From Macrostomum lignano (lineage: Eukaryota), in contig NIVC01000349.1 of NCBI GenBank assembly GCA_002269645.1, positions 1 to 64,000 on the forward strand: 64,000 nucleotides of DNA, given 5' to 3'. Shown here piece by piece: positions 54,466-64,000 of the stretch. A model generated the notes under the pieces. The model had not been told where the DNA came from and did no database searches. It saw only the letters and a list, made by a program, of their open reading frames with translations. The position numbers were made by a program, and so were the translations under genes. The stretch's first letter is position 1, and every line of letters begins with the position of its first letter.

Positions 54466-54691
54466 TCCAACATGTACTTTTCCGAAGTTCTTATAGTCAG
54501 ATCTCTGTTATTTTATTTATGTAAGTTTAAGAAGCATTCTGACATCATATATTGATGTCGGGAAGATAAGTATATTTATTTCCGACAATCTGCTAGATAG
54601 CCAGACAATAGTCACAAATCCACTCCCATTACCAAAATCCTATGCTGTAATTGAACTCGTAGCCGACTCGTAGTATCGGGGACTGACGGTC

Positions 54692-56473
54692 TCAGGAACA
54701 ATGGACAGACATCGCTTTCCCGACATCTTCTTGTCTCAGCTGCTTCTCAGCCAGTCCGAAACATCTCACGCAAAGGCCCGGGTCCTTATCGAAGTAGCTG
54801 TACCCGTACCCAATCTGCAGCTGTTGACGTCCGAGTTCAAACGGCGAGCCGAACTTCTCAGAGTAGCGCTTGCTTGCAGGGGACTCGCCATTGATGCTAG
54901 AGCTCAAAACTTGGTCTTTCATTGTCAGTGTGATGTCGCAAGGAGATCCACGGCAGTGGTGAGCATCGTACACGTGGCGGTTAAAATAGATAAACGAGTG
55001 CGTGGCATTTCCAGGCACCATCGTGTTCACTTCAAGGACAAATGCGCCTGTCGAATTGTGCCAGAAGCCATGAACAAGGTATGGATAGTGACTCGGCCTG
55101 TCCGACAGAACAGAGAAAAAGTTCATTCGGTTCTTATTGGCTTGCTGCAGCCTAAAGTACATAGTCCATTCTCCAGTTGAGAAAACAGATTTTGCATAGG
55201 ATGTGAACCCTCCGACGCCGAAATATTCCTGGTAGATGCTACCATTCATCTTAAAGCAGGCCCCGGCCTCTGCCGACCTCTCCACGCCGAACTGGTCCCC
55301 GATGGCGAATGCGCGCGGGTCCACCAGGTTGTCGAGGCCTCTTCTGAAGTCGAACGCAGCCACGAGGCCGTCCACAGGTGGAGTGACGCCTCCGTCAGGT
55401 GCAGAGGTGACGCCTCCGTCAGGTGCAGAGGTGACGCCTCCGTCAGGTGCAGAGGTGACGCCTCCGTCAGGTGCAGAGGTGACGCCTCCGTCAGGTGTGG
55501 AGGTGACGCCTCCGTCAGGTGTGGAGGTACCGTCCGACGCCTCCGTCTTGCACACGAACCTGTGCCTGCTGTGGCACCTGTCACTGCGCAGTCGACCAGC
55601 TGACAGCGTGACGCAGTTCACAGTCCAGTCCGCACTGTTCGGGTGTCCAGTCTCCCATGCGGGCAGCTTGTTGTCGTGTTTCCCTCAGAAATCCGTCCAC
55701 TGGTAGCAGAGCTCGCGACCCGCACTGTCAGGGAAGCAGGGGTTCAGCTTGATGAGGCCGAGCCACACCGAGTCGAGCAGCTCTGCCGACTCGCAGCTGT
55801 CGATTCCGAAGCTGAGCTTGTTCACAAAGTCCAGCTCAGACTGGGTGAGCACCGACGCCAGCTGCGACGAGTTTCGCTGGCAGTAGAAGTTGGCCTCGTT
55901 GAAGTTGGCCTCAAACTGCGGCATCACGTAGCACTGCTCGTTGTGCAGCCACCAGCCGCTGGGACATCGGCCCTTCGACCGCCACCACCAGTCGACGAGA
56001 CTGCTGGAGTTGGCGCTCAACTTGCACACAAACGGGTGCCGCTCGTGATACAGCGAGTTGAGCCACCACTCACCGTCACTTCGGATCAGAGGCTTGTGAA
56101 CGCTGTCCAGCTGAGAGAAGTTGTGTCTCTCGAAGCTCCCTACGCCGCCGCCGTCCGTCCACCTGTAGCTTGTAGGGTCGGCCAGACGGTCGAGGTCGGT
56201 GCCGAACAAACCGATCCAGGCGTCTCTGCAGTGAGACAGTCGGCCTACCAGTCGGTTCTCTTGCTCACTTTGGATGGAAGCGAGGTGAGCCCGGTGAGAC
56301 AGACACGTCTGCTCGGCCTGAAACCAGTAGTTCGGCTCGCTGAACCACTTGTAGCATGAGTGAGCTCGGTGTGTCCAGCCGTGTCCGGGACACTGAGCAG
56401 AGGCGGCGCCGGTGAGCAGCAGAGCTGCAGTGGCTGCGGCGAGGCAGGCAGTGAGTAGCTGGCGGTGCTGCAT
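54692..56473 (-). CDS. Secreted tandem C-type lectin, copy 2: signal peptide, CTLD1, CTLD2 (in-frame TGA), 6x TSAPDGGV stalk, divergent LamG/ConA-like C-terminal domain
   Basis: ATG at 56473. ORFs 55685-56488 and 54692-55621 are the same frame, separated only by TGA 55685-55687, then fully open to ...MSVHCS*. Near-identical to copy 1 from ~55251 to ~56720. Confidence 0.85.
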
Positions 56474-58195
56474 TTGCTGAGTCGCCAATGGGAGTCGCTG
56501 ATTGGAGCGGCCACTTTGAGTTGCAGATTTGAGCAGGCATTGCGAGTCGGCATTTATCCACTCGAGCTGCTGCTGGAATGCGTGGAGGGCGTGGAATCTC
56601 GCCAGATTGAGTGGCGCGGCCTCAGCTGAGGCTCTGCTGTAGTTGCAGGTCTGATGTGGCTGTCCGAGTCACGTTTCACCGTGGAGCTGCGATCGTGACA
56701 GCAGCCGAGTTGCTGAGGCCCCGAGAGGAGTGAGGGCTCAGAGCCGCAGCATTGTGATACTCAGCTTTGTTTGAGACAGGCGCAGCTGTCAGTCAGCCAG
56801 ATATGAAGTCCGTCCGTGTGCACATGTCGATTAGTCGCTGCGGATCGCTCATGCTGGCTGATCTCACAAGCATTGGCACGGGCGTGTGTTACAGATTTCG
56901 GATTAAAGCTACTACCAGGGAAGACGCAAGGAAATTCCTTTTATAAAGATTTACACTGATTTAGTGTATTGTGCATACATTACGAGTGCAATTGGATAGT
57001 CGCTTTACTCACTGGTAACATTTTACTAGTCGTATGCATGGAAATTGAAGGTGTCTTAAAGTTTGCTGTTTCAGATGATACGGATGATACATACATGTAC
57101 ATGTAAAACAACCGCATTTACTCGATCCGCAGCATTGCATGCAGGCTCCCAGAGAACATTTAAACGGGTGGGGGCCGCACAAAGCCAAGATTTCAGTTCC
57201 CAGCAGTCGTTAAACAATAATATATCCCTGTAAGTAGTGTTAAAATATAGTCTCATAGTTTTGCGGGTTACGTGTACACGTTTAACCATCTGCAGCTGAC
57301 ACACTAGCTTGTGGTATCTCTCCATCAGCTTGAGGATTCTGTTAGTAAATAATAATTCTGTCGGGGTCCTTTGTATCCACGGCTTAATTCAAGCCAGAAA
57401 AGGCTGAGCTGCAGTTGCATTTTCATACGCCAGCTATAGGTAAAATATAATTGGTTTTATCTTTAGGAACAGTACCCATGGCAATTTCGGCGAATAGGGT
57501 AGTACTGTATGTACTACCCTGCTTGATTTCCAAGTGCCCAACAGTAGTTTCAAATAGAGCTGTGATGCTTGTGCCGTATAGATTTTATTTTGATCTGATG
57601 TCCATCGTGTCAAAGTCGAACGAAACGGTTTCATTTTATTTAAAGCACACAGTGGGAAAGTGTACCTAATATTCAAAAGTGCTGTTTAAAGTTTTTTTAA
57701 AAGTGTTCTTTGTTAATGTCGCAACAAATTAAGAATATTTGTTAAAATTTTATTGTTTACGTGGCACTTTTTTAACGTATTTAATTTATCTAAATTTCTA
57801 TAGAGCTTAGTAACATAACATGCTTGATGAGTATTGATCACTAAGTAGTTCAGGTATTTTGACACAGAATCGACCTTTACTTTACTGCTTTACTGTATTA
57901 TTTACATTTTTAAAGTTTAAGCGAAGTTTGCGTGCTTTGACATCTTTTGGTGAAAAATTGTGATCTAGAGAAGTTTTTTGCTTAATGTCCTACTGTCCTG
58001 GCCCTGGCTATAATTTAGGCCTTTAATTAAGCTATACCTAAAGGCTATGACTTTGCCAGTAAATTAAGAATCACTACCTCTTTGAATTTTGACGCACGAA
58101 AATAGATTTTAAAGTAACTGTCTCTTGTGGATGCGAAACCTAATGTTCTATCTTATTTTGTACTGTACATAAATAAACCATAAAAGAAAACTAAA

Positions 58196-61100
58196 ATGTC
58201 AGAGACAGATAAAGTTAAGGTCGCTGTTCGGCTGCGACCTATGAACAAACGAGGTATGCAGACTGTTTTTATTATTCTGATATATATTTAGTAGGTTAGT
58301 ATTTATGCTTAAGCAATTATTTTACCTAACTTTAATATAACTCTAAGTAGCCTTGCCCTTATAGTTATAAGCCTTGTTGCTCAACTTATGGTTTGAAAGT
58401 AACTTAAAAATATTTTTATGAAATTAATCTAAATATGTGGTTCATTATTGATTTTTTTATTTAGTTTGTATGAAAATTTTATGTTTTATATAATGTTTTT
58501 TGTTTTATTTACTATTCAAATGTTATAATAATGTCTAGATCTAATCTATCAATGTTTTGTTATGGGGTATTTAATATATCAAATACATTTTTATATTATT
58601 TTATATTTACTTTACTATTATGCATCTTATTATAATATTGATCTTTTTAAGAAGTTAAAACTCTAGACCCAAAATAGAATATAAAAAATAACTCTTTAGT
58701 ATTTTTTGGCCAAATTTGGCTTTGTCAATAAAGTTTTGTTTTGTTTAAATAAAAAATCTCATTTTAACTTTATAATATAGTTTCTATGTATATAATTTTT
58801 TCCAAGGCTTAAAAAGTATGTATAAAATAATTATATGTAATCATGCTATTCAAATATTGTACTTTTCTTAGAAATTAAATCTATGCAAGATGATAAATAT
58901 TAGTTTTTTGAATGTACCAACTAGTTGTTATAATAATAATATGGTAAATCATTTGTTTTAATGTACAAAATAAATAAGAAAAATATTTTTTGTTATTTCT
59001 TAGAAGTAGATAAATTAAGATAGAAGTTAGTTAAGCTTAGCACAACTTGGTGGCATTTAGAGGACAAAAGTAAGCCCTATAACAAATAATAATATACTAG
59101 GTTGTTATAAAAGCTTCATATTTTGAAAGTAATTATTAGGTCCTTGTAATCATATCCTATGATTTTTTTATTTTTAACTATTAGTAAACATTTTAAAATA
59201 AAGCAATATAGCTTAAAATAGTAAAATAAAAGTCAAAGATAAGCAGGTATTTCAAAGAAATACCATAGGTTCAATTAAAGCTATACTTATTATAGATTGA
59301 CTCTGATAGTATAATACTATATTATATAATAAAATCAATATTTTATTATATAAAATAAAAAATAGGTAGGTGTTTGCCTAAAACCAATGGTCAAATCTTA
59401 GATTTCAATCCTAAATGATGCAATGAATGCTTTACCTAGAGTTCTTGTCTCAATTATTAGTGATACAATTTGTACTATAAAGCCCTAGCTTAGGTTAAAT
59501 CAATAATTTATTCATCTTGTACTTTGAAAAGTAATGGTAGTTATTTTTTAACATTGTTATTACTTTCAATAGAACTGGAGCTACAGACAACATGCATTGT
59601 GGAGATGAAAGACAATCAAACATTTTTGCATTCACCTCATAGGTAAGTCATGTTATATTTGTTAAATCATTTTTTTAAATATGATTGGATGTTTCTTTCT
59701 TTATAATTGAATTTTATAACATTTTTAGCAATTTGGATGGTGGCTCAAAGCAGCCTAAAGTATTTGCTTTCGATCATTGCTTCTGGTCTATGGATCCTGA
59801 AGATTCACAGTTTGCTAGTAAGTCAATTTTTCTTTCTATTGAAAATCTAAAACAAGTTAAGTTTATAGTCAATTGTCATTATTTTAATCCCTATTGTAAT
59901 TGACGCTTATTAAAAAGTTTAGAAAATGAGGCTTTTTGGGTTAAATTTTTTGATAGCACCAAATGAAAAATCTAGAAGAGAGACCCACTGAAGGATCTAG
60001 AAGAGGGACCCACTGAAGGATCTGGAAGTGGGACCCACTGAAGGATCTGGAAGAGGGACCCACTGAAGCATCTAAAAGAGGGACCCCCTGAAGGATCTGG
60101 AAGTGAGACCCACTGAAGGATCTAGAAGAGGGACCCACTGAAGGATCTGGAAGAGGGACCCACTGAAGGATCTGGAAGAGGGACCCACTGAAGGATCTAA
60201 AAGAGGGACCCACTGAAGGATCTGAAAGAGGGACCCACTGAAGGATCTAGAAGAGGGACCCACTGAAGGATCTGGAAGAGGGACCCACTGAAGGATCTAG
60301 AAAAGGGACCCACTGAAGGATCTGGAAGAGGGACCCACTGAAGGATCTGGAAGAGGGACCCACTAAAGGATCTGGAAGAGGGACCCACTGAAGGATCTGG
60401 AAGTGGGACCCACTGAAGTATCTAGAAGAGGGACCCACTGAAGGATCTGGAAGAGGGACCCACTGAAGGATCTGGAAGTGGGACCCACTGAAGGATCTGG
60501 AAGAGGGACCCACTGAAGGATCTGGAAGAGGGACCCACTGAAGGATCTGGAAGAGGGACCCACTAAAGGATCTGGAAGAGGGACCCACTGAAGGATCTGG
60601 AAGTGGGACCCACTGAAGTATCTAGAAGAGGGACCCACTGAAGGATCTGGAAGAGGGACCCACTGAAGGATCTGGAAGTGGGACCCACTGAAGGATCTGG
60701 AAGAGGGACCCACTGAAGGATCTGGAAGAGGGACCCACTGAAGGATCTGGAAGTGGGACCCACTGAAGTATCTGGAAGTGGGACCCACTGAAGGATCTGG
60801 AAGAGGGACCCACTGAAGGATCTGGAAGTGGGACCCACTGAAGGATCTAGAAAAGGGACCCACTGAAGGATCTGGAAGAGGGACCCACTGAAGGATCTGG
60901 AAGTGGGACCCACTGAAGGATCTGGAAGAGGGACCCACTAAAGGATCTGGAAGAGGGACCCACTAAAGGATCTGGAATAGGGACCCACTGAAGGATCTGG
61001 AAGAGGGACCCACTGAAGGACCTGGAAGAGGGACCCACTGAAGGATCTAAAAGAGGGATCCACTAAAGGATCTAAAAGAGGGACCCACTAAAGGATCTAA

Positions 61101-62593
61101 AAGAGGGACCCACTAAAGGATCTAAAAGAGGGACCCACTAAAGGATCTGGAAGAGGGACCCACTAAAGGATCTGGAAGAGGGACCCACTGAAGGATCTGG
61201 AAGAGGGACCCACTGAAGGATCTGGAAGAGGGACCCACTGAAGGATCTGGAAGAGGGACCCACTGAAGGATCTGGAAGAGGGACCCACTGAAGGATCTAA
61301 AAGAGGGATCCACTAAAGGATCTAAAAGAGGGACCCACTAAAGGATCTAAAAGAGGGACCCACTAAAGGATCTAAAAGAGGGACCCACTAAAGGATCTGG
61401 AAGAGGGACCCACTAAAGGATCTGGAAGAGGGACCCACTGAAGGATCTGGAAGAGTGACCCACTGAAGGATCTGGAAGAGGGACCCACTGAATAATCTGG
61501 AAGAGGGACCCACTGAAGGATCTGGAAGAGGGACCCACTGAAGGACCTGGAATAGGGACCCACTGAAGGATCTAAAAGAGGGATCCACTAAAGGATCTAA
61601 AAGAGGGACCCACTAAAGGATCTAAAAGAGGGACCCACTAAAGGATCTAAAAGAGGGACCCACTAAAGGATCTGGAAGAGGGACCCACTGAAGGATCTGG
61701 AAGAGGGACCCACTGAAGGATCTGGAAGAGGGACCCACTGAAGTATCTGGAAGAGGGACCCACTGAAGGATCTGGAAGAGGGACCCACTGAAGTATCTGG
61801 AAGAGGGACCCACTGAAGGATCTGGAAGAGGGACCCACTGAAGGATCTGGAAGAGGGACCCACTGAAGTATCTGGAAGTGGGACCCACTGAAGGATCTGG
61901 AAGAGGGACCCACTGAAGGATCTGGAAGAGGGACCCACTGAAGTATCTGGAAGAGGGACCCACTGAAGGATCTGGAAGAGGGACCCACTGAAGGATCTGG
62001 AAGAGGGACCCACTGAAGGATCTGGAAGAGGGACCCACTGAAGGATCTGGAAGAGGCACTCACTGAAGGATCTGGAAGAGGCACTGACTGAAGGATCTGG
62101 ATTAGTTGATGAGGCTAAATGTTTTGAATACACGAAGAGTCAGCAGCTTTACTGAGACTGGAATCTGCATTGTGAGCAGTTTAGCACTCCAATTACTCAA
62201 TTTCGCACATACACGCTGCCAGGTCAAGCTGACGTATTCGAAGCCCTTGGCACATGCGTGCTGGACAGCGCATTCCAAGGCTACAACGGATGCATATTTG
62301 CCTACGGCCAGACAGGCTCGGGGAAATCCTACACAATGATGGGATCGCAGGACTCTCAGAAGGGGATCATTCCCCGACTATGCGACGCAATGTTCAATAG
62401 GATTCAATCGCAGGGCGTCTCTGACGATTCCGTCAGCTGCAAAGTGGAAGTCAGCTATATTGAAATCTACAATGAGAAAGTGCACGATCTGCTGGATTTG
62501 TCCGGACCGAAGAAGTACTTGAAAGTTCGAGAGCACAATATCTTGGGTCCGTATGTTGATGGATTGTCCCAGCTGGTTGTGTCCTCTTTTGAG
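58196..62593 (+). CDS. KIF13: Kinesin-3 family motor, KIF13A/B-like, 5' exons (continues beyond the window)
   Basis: Exons 58196-58253, 59573-59642, 59729-59817, 62223-62593 (phases 1, 2, 1, 0). KVKVAVRLRPMNKRE, QPKVFAFDHCFWSMD, P-loop GQTGSGKS, VEVSYIEIYNEKVHDLL, LKVREHNILGPYVDGLS. Confidence 0.93.
59975..62095 (+). repeat. 25-bp satellite (gaagagggacccactgaaggatctg), ~2.1 kb, kinesin intron 3
   Basis: About 85 units. Confidence 0.97.
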
Positions 62594-62639
62594 GTGAGTG
62601 GTTTTATTAACTACCATAATGGATTTTATTTAGGACAGA

Positions 62640-62940
62640 TTGAGTAGGTTTGCATGCAGAGCTCAGATCAGTTGAGTAGGTTTGCATGCAGATCTCAGAT
62701 CAATTGAGTAGGTTTGCATGCAGATAGCTCAGATCAGTTGAGTAGGTTTGCATGCAGAGCTCAGATCAGTTGAGTAGGTTTGCATGCAGATCTCAGATCA
62801 ATTGAGTAGGTTTGCATGCAGAGCTCAGATCAGTTGAGTAGGTTTGCATGTAGATCTCAGATCAATTGAGTAGGTTTGCATGTAGATCTCAGATCAGTTG
62901 AGTAGGTTTGCATGCAGATAGCAGCAGATCTCAGATCAGT
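62640..62940 (+). repeat. 32-bp minisatellite (ttgagtaggtttgcatgcagagctcagatcag), kinesin intron 4
   Basis: Period of 32, about 9 units. Confidence 0.94.
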
Positions 62941-64000
62941 CATACAAAGGGAAGTGATATGCAAAAGTAAATATCGATAAAATGAGTAAGTGGCTTGGAT
63001 AATGAAAGAGAGTTGAGTGAATGAAGTGAGCGACAGGACCGCTCGGCCAGAGATAGAGAGATTCGGAGAATTGAATTGACGCCCGTGCGGGCAGTGGAAC
63101 TTGACTGCATGCGAGGAGTTCGGGGGCTCCAACTAACACGGATGATTTAGAAGGGGAGCCGAGCTGCAGCTGGGAAGGCTGGGGGCTCTTGGGACTTTTT
63201 TGGCGGGAATAGCTTATAAGAGCTTGTAGAAAGGAATTTTCCCACCATCGAATGCAGCGAACACAGAAAGGGAGCGGCGGTCGTCCCGCATAGAAATCTA
63301 ATTTTTATCCCCAAGGCTATCCTCTTCTAGCCTTCCATCCTTGCTTTGCCTATTTTTTCACCCTCAATCCTTATCCTGTGCCGGGGGACTGGGTCCATGG
63401 ACTCCTACATCTAGAACCTGGACCTAACTCTTATTCTAAAGCTTAAATGAAAGTCTTCGCGGTATTTGAGTATGAAAACAATGATTGCAATCAAGATTGA
63501 TAGGGTCATAAATAAAAGTTGGTTGAATTGTTTTGTGCGTGTTCTGGTGTGAACTCCAGATTCTGGCTCTGGTGTAATCCATGACTTTATAAGACTCTTG
63601 CCTACTGAAGTGTCTTGTCTTGTCTCCACACAGAGTTTGTTATCTCCTCTACCTCTACACACGCTGCGTGCACCTGCTAAAGCTTCAAGTTATCAGTTGT
63701 GTAGTGTGTGCTATAGTGTGGGCTTGCAGGCTCTGTGATATCTGTTCTGTGTGTTGTGTGTCATTTACCAACGTCTTTTAACTGGTCTTTTCCCGGTTCT
63801 CCTATGTCAGTTTTTTTAGCGGCCCATTTGTACACGCAGGCACAGCACTGGTACACACGCTCACACGGGGTGTACATCGGTCCTTTGACTTTCTAATACT
63901 GTCAGGCATGAATATAGCCGCGCCCCCAATCGACACGATAGGGGTCGTGGTGTGAGAGTTGGACTTGTTTACCGTTGTAAGCTGTTCTGCCATTCTGCCA

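Overview
Eukaryotic (animal) genomic DNA with spliceosomal GT-AG introns, GC-rich coding exons and AT-rich introns filled with mini- and microsatellites. The architecture resembles a free-living flatworm such as Macrostomum, which is inference only. No prokaryotic features or CRISPR arrays are present. Genes in order: the 3' part of an outer-arm axonemal dynein heavy chain (DNAH5/8-like, +), a protocadherin (+), a tandem C-type lectin nested antisense in the protocadherin intron, eIF3g (+), an SLC17-family transporter (+) with a coding exon interrupted by a 2.17-kb P-element-like transposon, a PAN/LamG-like pseudogene fragment (-), an intronless rhodopsin-family GPCR (-), a second copy of the lectin (-), and the 5' part of a KIF13-type kinesin-3 (+). 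Main observations: (i) both lectin paralogues have the same in-frame TGA in the middle of CTLD2, yet ~320-370 downstream codons stay open and keep conserved residues, and the C-terminal domain switches sharply from near-identical to divergent; (ii) the transposon has perfect 32-bp TIRs, a decayed THAP domain and an 8-bp TSD (GTCTGGCC) matching the classical P-element target; (iii) a decayed 28S rDNA fragment is centred on the R2/I-PpoI site; (iv) several genes carry disabling lesions. Most long ORFs in the supplied track are artefacts of tandem repeats.
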